Assembly (NCBI GenBank): GCA_951406725.2
Contig: OX597819.1
Location: forward strand, 72,974,001 to 73,038,000
Reading direction: 5' to 3'
DNA from: Octopus vulgaris
Lineage: Eukaryota
Length of the DNA stretch: 64,000 bases
The notes under the pieces were generated by a model. It ran no database searches and was not told the DNA's origin. It saw only the letters and a list, made by a program, of their open reading frames with translations. Shown piece by piece: positions 28,869-41,520 of the stretch. The stretch's first letter is position 1, and every line of letters starts with the position of its first letter. The position numbers were made by a program, and so were the translations under genes.

Positions 28869-29287
28869 ATATATATACACATACCAGAGGAAGCACATAA
28901 ATGTGAAACAAAGTGGAAAAAATAGTACTCGAATACCAGAAGTAGAGTAATACACTTTATTAAAAGGCAGCAAAAATGTCACAAAAGCTGTTACTCAGAG
29001 TTTCACGTTCACTTTCGTTGGACGGACAGGAACGTTAAACTCTTAGTAACAGTTTTTGTGATATTTTTGCTGCTTTTTGATAAAGTATATATATATATAT
29101 ATGTACCTCCTAGACAGCAATATTCTTAATTCACGTACTCATAACGCATGTGGGTGATTGGGGAAGAATGCGAGTTCTCACTCGTCTGTATAAATTCGGA
29201 AGTGCTGGTTTTGGGATATTAGCTATTCAAAGTCACTTGGTCAAATATGTATTTAATTATTAGTACTCTAAGATTTACAATTGAAAT

Positions 29288-29362
29288 ACTACACTGAAGA
29301 AGGAAATAAGTGAGTAAAAATTAAAATTTTACATCTCTTTAATTCAGAAACTCGTATGTGGT
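29288..29362 (+). ncRNA. Type I hammerhead ribozyme motif with imperfect stem II closing pair
   Basis: acuaca-CUGAAGA-stem II (guaaaa/uuuuac)-GAAA-cucg-UA-uguggu. Sits inside ~31-bp inverted repeats (29107-29137 / 29404-29434); the element tail is related to 10343-10520. Confidence 0.65.
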
Positions 29363-29658
29363 TGATCAAAGTCAGATGGATTTGTTATTGTTTTCTCTTT
29401 ACATACGTGAATTAAGAGTATTGCTATCTGGGAGATATCTTATAGTAGAGGAATAGCATTTAACTGCTATTTCTAAATTTCAGTATGTGGTAAAGCAATT
29501 TGCTGAACCTTAATTTTAATTATGCTTATAATTATAAAATTTTTGTATAAGGTTACCGATAAAGGTTATTTTAACATACTGAACTACTTGGTAAAATTAT
29601 TAATTATTAATTAATTAATTAATTTTACCCTTTATTAGTATTGAAAATATATATATAG

Positions 29659-29730
<72 letters not shown>

Positions 29731-30666
29731 TGTAATATGTGTGAGTGTGTTTCATTGTGAAAAGATAAAAACCTTTGTTGTTGAAAGGAATGGGAGGGGG
29801 GCGTTAATTCATTCATGGTTAACTCTGTAAGAGGAAAATTGAATGAAGTAAAAGCAAGTAAACTATTCATTTATTTCATGGGTTTTTATCTTTTTAAAGG
29901 AAAGGAAACCATATTTTTTCTTCTTTATCAGATATATAATAGAGATAATAACTGGTAAAGAAAACAAAAACTACAACCCCAGAACACTGTGTAAGTGTAT
30001 TATATACAATCCAATATTGATGAGCTTTTAAAGTTCAACAAAAATAACAACACATTATCAACATCACTATCATTGATGTTATCAACATTATCATCATTGT
30101 TTTTGTCTCCATTATCACTCTCATCACCTTCATCATCATCCTGATCAGCAACAGCCTTTTAAATAATTTTTTCAATATATGTGAAGCAACTACAATATTA
30201 GTGTAACGCTTTTCTTCATTTCCACTTCAACTATTTATTATGCATCAAGCTATCCTTTATTGTGGTTGCTCTTGATGTATATCTCCTTCTATGGATTTAA
30301 AATTAGCAATGAAGGGCTATGTATTGCAACTGTTTAACTCTTTCATTATCATATTTTTGTTGGAATTTGCTGCCTCTGGTTTAATTTATTTTGAAAATTT
30401 AGTAAAATAAATTTGTCATTATCTAGCTGATACTTGGAACAGAAATTAACATGAAATTTTGATGGAAAATATTTAGATTCCTTGAAAACTTAGACCCAAA
30501 GCAGTGTCAGGTGTGTTGGTACCAAAATAGTTGACCCTTTTAATACATACCTACCTGAGACTGCGTTTGTTTCTATGACTCAAACTTCTCCTATTGAAGT
30601 GATCTAAAGGGATCTAAATCCAATCAAAATTTCAAATTAATTTATGTTCCAAACTCCAGATTAATA

Positions 30667-31150
30667 TCATCATCATCATCATCATCTATCATTTTGAATC
30701 CAGGTTTTGTCACCATTTACAGGAGTGGCCACATCTACCTCAATGCCATAGCAACCGCCCTCACACCATTTTGCCCGGTTTTGGGCGTCTTCCTTTCTCA
30801 AGCCAACTTTCCCAATCGCCTCTTCCACCTGTCCCCTCCACGTTTTTCTCGGTCCATTTACCTCAAACTCCAGCACCCTCTTCAGAACATGCTCCTAATC
30901 CCTCTTCAACATATGCCCATACCGTTGCACTAAATTTGCCCTTGCCAGCCGTTACACTGATTCCTCCAGCCCCAGCATCACCATCAAGTCCTCAGTCCTC
31001 CTCTTATCATGCAGCCTCACACCACACATTTCTCTCACTCCCATACAGCTTTGCAGCTCTCACAAAACTCCTACAGACCTTTCCTTTCATCTTCAATGAG
31101 AACCTTTTCCCATATAATAACGTTCCACTTTCCCTGAACTTCACCCAGCC
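30667..31150 (-). mobile_element. RTE LINE 3' fragment
   Basis: FSLKMKGKV..LYGSE..WYGHM..RKTWRGQVEEAI..DAQNRAKW and a (GAT)n tail. Confidence 0.75.
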
Positions 31151-33739
31151 AAATAATAGTTTCAAATTTCAGTACAAAGCCAGTAATTTCATGGGAGTGA
31201 ATAAGTTGACTACATCGACCCTGATGTTCACCTGGTACTTATTTTATTGACCCCACAAGGATGAAAGGCAAAGTCGACTTCAGCATAATTTGAACTCAAA
31301 ACATAAATACAGACGAAATGCCAGTAAGCATTTTGCCCAGCAAGCTAACAATTCTGCCAGTTTGTCACCTTAATCACCCAATTAATAATGACAGGTATTT
31401 TATCAAATTCTTCATTATTTCCAAAATTAATTGACATAAAGGTAGTGTATACAGAGATTTGGTAACAAAAGAGTTAAAATGGAAATGAAAGCTGAGATGT
31501 GCTTCTGTACATTGTGTGTGTGTGTGTGTGTGTGTGTGTAGTTAGCCATATTGCCAAAGTAGCAAAATTAAACCCTATTACACTTTATGAGAACCAATTT
31601 GAGAGACACAAAGAAAAAGAGACCTACTGCTGAAACTTAAAAGGCATATTTATCTCTTGTTCCGCTTCACTTCACTTTTATTATTTCTTCGCCAACAAGC
31701 TGACTGATTAACTAATCGATGATTTGATTAATTGCTCGGTCAATCAGCTAGGTTCATCAGTGTCCGGAAGAGCGTGAGCATCTAATTGATGGGGTCATGA
31801 ATGACGGTGGAAGGACTCTAATGAACCTAGCTGATTGATTAATTGGCTGAACAATTAATTGGTTGATAGGTTAAATGGTTAACTACTTGACTAATAATGA
31901 GAATGAAAATGATAATATTAATAATTATGATGATGATGATGATGATAGTAGTAGTAACAGAAGTGAAATACAACCAGTGTGTGTGTTTCTTATTGAGAGA
32001 ATGACCCTCTCAAGATACAACATATCTATCAATATAGTTAGATACACATATACACTGGCACTCTGGTGTTTACAATGATGAGGGCTCCAGCTCATACAAT
32101 CAACAGAACAGCCTGCTCATGAGATTAACATGCAAGTGGCTGAGCACTCCACAGACACACGTACCCTTAATGTAGTTCTCAGGGAGATTCAACGTGACAC
32201 ACAGGTACCACTCACTTTTGCCAGCTGAGTGGTCTGGAGCAACGTGAAATAAACACTTCACACAAGGACACAATATGCTACCAGGAATCGAACTCGCGAC
32301 CTTGGGATCATGCACCAAATACACTAACCACTAACCACTTAGTACATTTTTGAGTGTGAATGTGTGTTGGCTTTAATTTCACTTTCATCATTCATTATGT
32401 TTGGAATAAACTCCTTTTTAGAAGTCAATTAATCATGATATCCTCATCTTATCTGCTTCAGCATGCTTGGAATTAAAACTTTTCATGTCTAATTATGTAC
32501 ACAAGGAAAATGTCAACGGTAAGACTTGTTGATGGATGGTTTCACTAGAAATTAAGTAGCTGCGAGTAATTATTACTATGAATAATAAGTACAGGCGTGG
32601 CAGTGTGGTAGAAAGTTTGCTTCCCATCCACAGTTTTTTAGGTTCAGTCCCACAGCAGTGCACCTTGAAAAAATGTGTTCTACTATAGCCTCTGGCCAAC
32701 CAGTGCTTTATAAGTGGATTTGGTAGATGGAAACCGAAAGAGCCCATCATGTGTGTGTGTGTGTATTGTCTCCTGGCCTTGATATCATGTATTAGTTGTT
32801 AACAAGTGTCCCTGTCATGAAAGCAGTGTCCTTCATTTCCAGTATTCCAAAATGTGTCTGGTCATGGGGAAACGGGTGAAGATTGGTGATAGGCAGGGCA
32901 TCCGGCTGTAGACAATCTGCCTCAACAAATTTCATCTGACCCATGCAAGCATGGGAAAGTGGATGTTAAATGACAATGGTGATTTCTCAGATAAGCACAA
33001 GCCATAAGTTTAGGAGTTGGTTGGAATCCTATCCACTTGGTTGCCACTTGCTATATCATTGCTCCAGGAGAATGAAAGGTAAAGTTGACCTTAGTCAAAT
33101 ATAAAGGAACGTAATTAATGATTTCTTAGCACAAGGTCATTGATTCATTAGAACAGATATAACTGATTACAATAATATACTGAAAACACTAATATACCAT
33201 CATCATCATCACCATTAACCAAAGCCTTGGGAGTGGATTTGGTAGACAGAAACTGAAAAAAGCCCGTCACATATATGTGTGTCTGTGTTTGTCCCCACCA
33301 CCATCGCTTGACGACTGTTGTTGGTGTGTTTATGTCCCCATAATCCAGTGGTTCAGCAAAAGAGACTGATAGAATGAGGACTAGGCTTACAAAGAATAAG
33401 TCCTGAGGTTGATTTCTTTAACTAAAGGCAGTGCTCCAGCATGGCCACAGTCAAATGACTGCAACAAGTAAAAGAGTAAAACAATACAAGAATACATCAA
33501 ATGTGAAACTTATTAAATAAATTAAATGCATAAAAACTATTGAACAGATGAATACCTCATCAAAAACTTCATAAAATGGAACACCAAATGCATCGTACCC
33601 AACCATAAGCTAAAACTAGTAAAATACTATGAAACCAAAAACCTGCATATCAGTATAATGCACAATGAACATGTAAATTTGAGAACAGGCTACTAATAAC
33701 CAACATAACTTATAAATTTGACTGTAAAGCTGTTATATT

Positions 33740-34560
33740 GGACATACTAAAGCATTGAAGAAGCAGTTGGACAGTTGTTATTCGAGGATGCTTAGAATGG
33801 CACTCAATGTCTCCTGGAAGAGTCATACGACAAATGCCAACTTATACCAGGGACTACTAAAAGTAACATTGAAGATACAGCATAGATGGATGAGGCTAGC
33901 TGGACACTGCATCCAGACACACCAAGGAAATTTACATTATTTACATTTGACGGATATTTATCCTCATCGTGTTTGTTAACATGTTTCAGCTGATATACTC
34001 TCCAGCCTTCATCAGGTGTGTTGGAGAAATTTCGTACCTGGGTTCTCATTTCTAAGGTATTTTTTGATGTTATTATTAATTTTATTATTATTCAGGTCAC
34101 TGTCATATGCCTTGGGCATCTTTCATAGTGGTTAAGGGCACGGGCTACTAACCCCAAGATTCTAAGTTCAATTCCAAGCAGTAACTGAATAATAATAATA
34201 ATAATAATAATAACATCAAAAAATATCTTAGGAATGAGAGAACCCAGGTTTGAAATTTCCCCAAGACACCTGATGAAGGCTGGAGGGTATATCAACCGAA
34301 ACATTGTGTTAACAACAAACAAGATGAGGACAAATATCCGTCAAATGTAAATAATTCCTCATCTCCTAAAATTGCTAACAAGCTAGTGCTCTGGCAACCA
34401 GTGGAAAGAAGAACCAGGAGAGGAAGACTAACAATATCGACAACTTGCTGGAGAATACTGGTATGAAAGGGGTACAGGAGCTGAGGACATTATGGAAGAT
34501 CAAAATGAATGGGGAAAACATGTGGAAACAGTCTTGGGGCATCCTATGGGATCACCTAGA
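33740..34560 (+). mobile_element. RTE-X-like LINE 3' fragment interrupted by a hammerhead element
   Basis: QLDSCYSRMLRMALNVSW...RLAGHC, resuming after the insert as IANKLVLWQP..RRGR. Confidence 0.7.
33931..34370 (+). mobile_element. Second copy of the tRNA-headed hammerhead element
   Basis: Inverted arm 33931-34102, tRNA-like head 34114-34180 (tagtggttaa, agttcaattcc), hammerhead 34265-34310 with stem III CG changed to CA. Confidence 0.75.
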
Positions 34561-36846
34561 TGAGATAGTACAACACTCTTATCGGCTCACAATGCATTTA
34601 AAAGGAGAAATTGCAATACATTCTACCATGCACCACAAAGTTAGATAGAAAAATAATACAGGATAAAACTTGTGTGCTCTTTAAGTTCCTCACAAAAATA
34701 GAAGATTCATCCTGGAACTGATAGTCATATCACAACACAATAACAAAATAAATATGCAAACAACACATACACACATGAAAAAATTTACCTTATGGCTACT
34801 GACACAAAAGCCTAGCAATAAATAAAGTTTAGGTGGTGAAACCTACATAAATTTAACCACAACAAAATAAATTAACATAAGACTGCTCATATGGAAGCCA
34901 AAGGGCTAAAAAAAACTTACTGTGTGCTAAGAAGCTTGCTTCCCAACCACAAGGTTCCAGGCTCCGGCGCACTGTATGATACCTTGGGCAAGTGTCTTCT
35001 TCTGTAGCCTCAAGCCAACAAAAGCCTTGTGAGTAGATATGGTAGACAACTGGTGTTGGTGTGTTTATGTCCCCATAACAGTTCAGCAAAAGACACCAAT
35101 AGAATAAGTATTAGGCTTAAGATATAAAAATCGTAAGAACTAGGGTTGATCCAGTCAACTAAAATTCCTTACAGTGGTGCCCCAGCATGGCTGCAATCTA
35201 ATAAGTGAAACAAGCAAAAGAGGAAGAAAAATTGACCAGTGTATAAGAAATGATGCAGACATCCAATTTATTTCAATTCTTGAAAATGAGAGTGTGAAGG
35301 TCTGGAAACATTGAATATGGATTCAGGAAGTTTGTTGTTCCAAACTAACTTCAAGAAACCGATACAAAGATATGACAACTGCAACATAGTCATGTCTTCA
35401 AATGAAATGTGTGTGTGTCCCTTGTCTTGATATTCTGCAGTAGTCATAAATGAGTGTCACACAAGCAGAGTCTTTCATTTCTCGTAGGCCATAGAAAGAT
35501 GTCCAGCTATAAGGAAATATTACCTTAGTCCGAAACAAGTGAGGATTAGTGACATGGAGGGTGTGTAGCTGTAAAAGATGTTCCTTAACAAATTCCATCT
35601 GACCCATGCAAGCATGGAAAAGAGGATGTAAAATGATGATGATGATGACATGCTGCTTTTAGGATCCATTGACTTGAAAGGGTTAAACACATTGCCTCTA
35701 ATTATATGTTGTAACTTCTGTCAACTGTCATCGGCTTGAAAGGATTAACTGATTAAGAAGAACACTAATTACATGCATTTCCCTTCGCTGTCGTCACCAT
35801 CTAATTATTGTGGTAAATGAAGAAATACAAATGATGATATCTAGCATTTATTTCAAGAATATCGTTCTTTTGTTCCTTTATTTTTTTCTTCTTCTTTTTT
35901 TCTTTTGCTTGTTTCAGTCATCTGACTGCGACTATGATGGAGCCATGCCTTTAGTCAAACAAGTTGACCCCAGGACTTATTCTTTGTAAGACTATTACTT
36001 ATGCTATCGGTCTCTTTTGCCAAAGTTCTAAGTTACAGGGATGTAAACACAACAACATCTGTTGTCAGGCAATGGTGGGAGGGAACAAACAGACACACAA
36101 ATACATACACACACACTCATATATATAGTTGGAATTTACAGAAAAGCAAAAGACGAAGGCAGGGGCATAAACAACAAACAGGTATATTAGTTTAATGCTT
36201 GGGAAGGTGAGAAAGTCTTTTACATTTCAAGCCTACACTCTTCAACAGAAAGGAACACGAGAAAATAAACAGAGAGAGAATAAAAAAAAGCTTTAGCAGC
36301 TAGTGATCAATCATGGTGGCTGGCTGGACAGAGGTAGACTGGAGAACTAGGAAGAAGGAGAGATAATAAAGTATTGGCAATCCCAAAATGAAGGCACACA
36401 TGTGTGTGTAAGTGTGGATAGGGGCTGGTGACCTTGACACATGAATGTATGTGTGGATGTGTGCATGACGGTGAGGGTGCTGGGAAGTGGTCAGGGTGGT
36501 GTGGTGTAGTGCGGCATGATATGTATATTTATATATATATATACAACAGGCTTCTTTCAGTTTCCGTCTACCAAATCCACTCACAAGGCTTTAGTCAACC
36601 TGAGGCTACAGTAGAAGACACTTGCTCAAACAGCCATGCAGTGGAACTGAACTCAGAACCATCTGGTTGGGCAGCAAGCTTCTTACCACGCAGCCATTCT
36701 TATGCCTCTGGAGCATGGAATATATTTTTCAGTATTTTCATGGAACATAAATGAGTTTAAGTAAGAATTACATCATAAACTGTGTAGAAATAAAAGATTA
36801 GAGAAACAGTCTTCAGAGTTTAACAATCAACAAATATTAAATCATT

Positions 36847-37355
36847 ATTTACATTTGACGGATATTTGTCCATTTGTCCTCCTCTTTGTTGTTAACACAA
36901 CGTTTCGGTTGATATACCTTCCAGCCTTCATCAGGTGTCTTGGGAAAATTTCGAACTTGGGTATTGGTGATCCCAAAACGAAGGTGCGCGTGCATATGTG
37001 AGAGTGTGTAAGTGTGTAAGTGTGGATAGGCTGGTGACCTTGACGTGTGGATGTGTGCATGTGTAAGGAATTTTTCGATGTTATTATTATCATTCAGGTC
37101 ACTGCTTGGAATCAAACTCGGAATCTTGGGGTCAGTAGCCTGTGCTCTTAACCACTATGCCATATGCCCATGGGCAGTTATGGGGTGAATTTTAGGGTTT
37201 ATAAATCTAATATTTTCCTATCCTTCCTTAATACCTGATTACGGCTGAAGGGTATAACAGCTGAAAAGTTGATTTAACAACAAACAAGATGAGGACAAAT
37301 ATCTGTCAAATGTAAATAATGTACATAATTCCTCATCTCTTAAATATAGAACTGT
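36847..37355 (-). mobile_element. tRNA-headed, hammerhead-bearing fold-back retroelement
   Basis: tRNA-like head 37169-37099, (AAT)n, hammerhead, then an inverted degenerate copy of the 3' end. 15-bp TSD aaatat(t/c)aaatcatt at 36832-36846 and 37356-37370. Confidence 0.75.
36894..36939 (-). ncRNA. Minimal type I hammerhead ribozyme, intact core
   Basis: gacac-CUGAUGA-aggcuggaagguauaucaacc-GAAA-cg-UU-guguu. Loopless palindromic stem III (AACGUU), as in dimer-requiring Penelope-like-element hammerheads. Confidence 0.75.
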
Positions 37356-37679
37356 AAATATCAAATCATTTGATTCCTTTATTGTTGTGTTTTTCATTGA
37401 TTGCACATTGTGCCCAAGCTGGAGCACTGCTTTCATGGAATATATATTAAGTTTGCTTACAAACCACATGGTTCTGTCTGACATCTTATGCAGGTGTCCT
37501 CTACTATAGTTCCAAGCTGATTTGGTAGATGTGTAAGCATGTCCTTGTCTTGACATTGGATGGTAGTTGTAAATGAGTGTCACTGTCATACAAGCAGTGT
37601 CATTCATTTTCAGTCTTCTGTGAGATCCTCTATGGCCATGGGGAAATATTACTTGCTTGGAAACAGGTAACAGTTGGCA

Positions 37680-38020
37680 ACATCAAAAAATCAAATGGAA
37701 ATTGTAGTTGCGATACCTGTGCCAGTGGCACGTAAAAAGCACCATCCAAACGTAGCCGATGCCAGCACCAATGCAACTGGCTTCCGTGCCAGTGGCACGT
37801 AAAAATCACCAACCGATCATAGCCATTGCCAGCCTCCCCTGGTACCTGTGTCGGTGGCACGTAGAAAGTACCCACTACACTCACGGTGTAGTTGGCGTTA
37901 GGAAGGGCATCCAGCTGTAGAAACACTGCCCGATCAGACTGCAGCCTCCTGGCTTCCCAGACCCCAGTCAAATCGTCCAACCCATGCTAGCATGGAAAAC
38001 GGACGTTAAACGATGATGAT
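37680..38020 (+). mobile_element. RTE 3'-UTR fragment or RTE-tailed SINE. Copies at 470-700(-), 2070-2437, 25283-25715(-), 39690-39985(-), 44850-45130(-), 53340-53670(-), 63645-64000(-)
   Basis: Same sequence as the 3' UTR of the RTE at 13983-15796 (ggcacgtaaaaagcacc subrepeats, ggaagggcatccagctgtag, ggacgttaaacgatgatg). Confidence 0.8.
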
Positions 38021-39099
38021 GATGTTGATGGTGATGCTCATTTGTGATGTGTAGGTGCAGGCTGTATCATTCCTTTCCAATATTCTGTGGAGATATGTCA
38101 GGCCATCAGGAAATATTACCTTATTTGGAAACAAGTGAGAGAGGATGGCAACAAGAAGAGCATCAGGCCATAGAAAATATGTCTGAACAAATTCCATCTG
38201 AGCTGTACAGGCAAGGACAAGTGGACATTAAAACAATGGCAAAGACAACGATGGTGATGTGTTTATGTAGATGCGTGTGCAAAATGTAAAAGATCTTCAA
38301 AAATCAAATGCGATCCTCAAATACATTTGAAATTCATTCTTCTGTGATAGAATGGAATTCCTGCTTGATTCTAAAATGATGCTTCAGGCTTAAAACTGAC
38401 ATTTCAGGTTGTTTATATATCAATCAAATTCCGCCTCATCAGAGAGGTCGTCTGAATTCCATTACACAAATTGACATTTCCACCATCTTCGTTTGTTCTG
38501 CTTCTTTGATCACATTTTGTTTGTTTGGGTTTTTTGTTGGTTTTGTTTGTTTTCATTTTACTGGTTCCCTGTAATTTCAGTGATTTAAAATTTATGATGA
38601 GAAAAATAAATGATTTGCATTTTATTTAACAGTTGTTGATAAGTAATGTAAACACTACATACAGCGTAAATGCCTTCACCACCTGCACTAGTGTCACAAA
38701 ACCCGTGCACTTAACTCTGGAATCTGTTGTTGCATTGTGAAGAGGAAAATTTTCCTGTCTAAATACAAAACACAATCTGTCACAAGTAAGCTTTGCAGAT
38801 TCAGTACTTTTATCTCCTTCAGTTAGGTGACAGAGCATGTAGAATTAATTATGCAACCTATCTCTAGGAATACAAAACACTTATGGCTGATGTGAATTCA
38901 GGACCCATAAGTTGGTAGCCCAATACTCTATCCACTTCACCATTGTTACCTCAACTATATATGTGCATAGGAGATAAAATATTGATTTTAAAAATGTCAG
39001 TCAATCTCAAAGGTTACTATCTACCACTTTTACTATGAGGTAAGGACATTTATATAATATCCTTTAACTGGGGAATTTGTTAAACAATTTATCTTGCTC

Positions 39100-39540
39100 T
39101 GACTAGACATGTTCCAGCTATCCAGGAGGGCAAAACCAACTCCATGGTTGAAGTTACAGTGTCCTGGGAGGACAGACTTAACATTTTCCACCAGCTAAAG
39201 AAAACCAAATATCAGGAGTTGGTGGATGAGATACTTGCCAAAAGATGGCACACAGTTTCATTCCCCATGTGAAGTTGGTTGCCATGGCCTTCCAGCTAGA
39301 TCAATGTACTGTTTCCTTCAGAAGATTGGTTTGGAACCTAAACAGAAGAGAAAAGCCACCAAGGAGATTGGTGTGGCAAGCTGAAACTAACTTGAAGTGA
39401 CTGTGGTTGATAAGAGACCAAAGATAGAAGTCTTCTGTTGGCAAAGACTAATTCAGTCCTCACTGCTTCACTCAGGCAAAGTGTACAGGCTAATGGGCAA
39501 ATCACTTGTGACCCTGACATACCAGGTGATGAGATGAAAC
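39100..39540 (+). mobile_element. Hero/NeSL-type LINE remnant (REL endonuclease)
   Basis: Translates VEVTVSWEDR....KKTKYQELV....RW....P.EVGCHG, resembling the ELTVPWE...KY..L...EVGCRG pattern. Confidence 0.65.
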
Positions 39541-41345
39541 TGTTTCTGACATTGCAATGGATTCAAAAGTAGAGCTGACACAGTCATACAGTTTGTTGCT
39601 AAACCACTAAACAGTATTTTTGTGGCAAATGTTAATTTTCATTATTTTTTCTTTTCTTTATCAATTTGGGTTTCTCTCTTATAGTAATAATCATCATCAT
39701 TTAACGTCCATTTTCCATGCTGGCATGGGTTGGATGGTTTGACTGAGGTCTGGAGAGCCAGTGGCTGCAACAGGCTCCAGTCTGGTCTGGCAATGTTTCT
39801 ACAGCTAGATGTCCTTCCAAATGCCAACCACTCCGAGAGTGTAGTGGGTGCTTTTTATGTGCCACCGACACAGGAGCCAGTCAAGCAGGCCTGGCATCAA
39901 TCATGTTTGGATGGTGCTTTTTACATGACAGGGGTAGTGGCATCAGCCACGTTTGGTTGGTGCTTTTTACATGTCACCAGCACGATGATGGTTAAATTAA
40001 TAATTATGATAATGATAATTTTTTCTAATTTTGGCACAAAGCCAGCAATTTTGAGAGGAGGGGGTAGGTCAATTACATTAACCCCAGTATTTAGCTGGTA
40101 CTTTGTTATTGATCCCAAAAAGATAAGACAAACTTGACTTCCACGGGATTTGATCTCAGAATGTAAAGATCTGGCAAAAATGTTGCTAAGCACTTCCTCC
40201 AAAGCACTAACAATTCTACCCACTTGGTGCCTCAATAATAATAATAATCCTTTCTACTATAGGCTCAAGGCCTGAAACTAGGGAGAAACAAACTGATTAC
40301 ATTGTCCCCCTGTGCGTAACTGGTACATATTTTATCAACCCCAAAAGGATGAAAGGCAGAGATGAATTTGAACTCAGACTGGGAGAAATGCCACTAAGCA
40401 TTTTGTCTAATGTGCTAAAGATTCTTCCAGCTCATTAATTTAATAATAATTATAATTCAAACCCATTAGCCTTCAGATTACTCTCTCAAATGTAATGCTT
40501 ATTTAGTCACATTGTTTTGAATGAAGCATATATTATCTTGTAACCTTCGGATTTCAATGATGTGATTGTATATTTTTTAGACTAACAGTGTGGGATAGGT
40601 GTGAGAGGCTGGATCTGGCCACTTCAAGCATAAAACAGGAAGAATTTTTGGCTGGATATGGCCAGCTTAAATACTTAAGGGTTAAGCTCAAACCTTCAGG
40701 TATCCAGGAGTGATATAACAAGATTATGTATTTCTTAAGAATATAGAGAATAAGATATACAATGAAGTGAAACAGCTACATCCTGGAGTAGAAGCTAGCC
40801 CATGGAATCTAGTTAATTGATGTTTACTTCTATTTATAGCAATTGTGTATTGTAATATTGATGTATGATATAATATAACCTATTTTTGTGATATTTGAGT
40901 GTGTGATATCGAATATAATGTATTATCCTATATGTAGGATATTATTTATTGCCATGTTATATTGATTTCTCACTTTGATACAGATTCAGAGTATGTAGGT
41001 GTAGTAACAGAATCAACCCCAAATGTAACTGACACTTATTTTATTGTCCCAGAAGGATAATCAGAAGGTCACTCTCCCTGACTGGAATCGTAACTCAGAA
41101 CATAATAAAATGGAACTAGATGCTGCAAATAATGCATTTGTTTTGGCATTCCACTGTTCCTACCATTCTGTTTCCCTATATATTAATTTATGATAAAACT
41201 TATGGTATGATATATGGATAATGATAATATACTTTCTAATTATATATATATGTGTGTGTGTATGTATGTATAATGCATAACTTTATTAATATCTATTGAT
41301 GTGAAGTATAGAATGCAATATTTTATCCAATGGTAATTGTGTATG

Positions 41346-41398
<53 letters not shown>

Positions 41399-41486
41399 GA
41401 GATATTCATATATATATATGAGAGATATTCATATATATGTTTTTGTTTATTTTGTGATGTAATATCTATACTTCACTTTATATCTT

Positions 41487-41520
<34 letters not shown>

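Noticed and set aside
31766-31812. U3 box B-like gagcgtga, SECIS-like or C/D snoRNA reading of the hairpin loop
   Set aside because: The required companion boxes and spacing are missing.
34114-34185. Bona fide tRNA gene
   Set aside because: Acceptor and T stems pair poorly and the sequence is embedded in a repeated element; treated as a tRNA-derived head.
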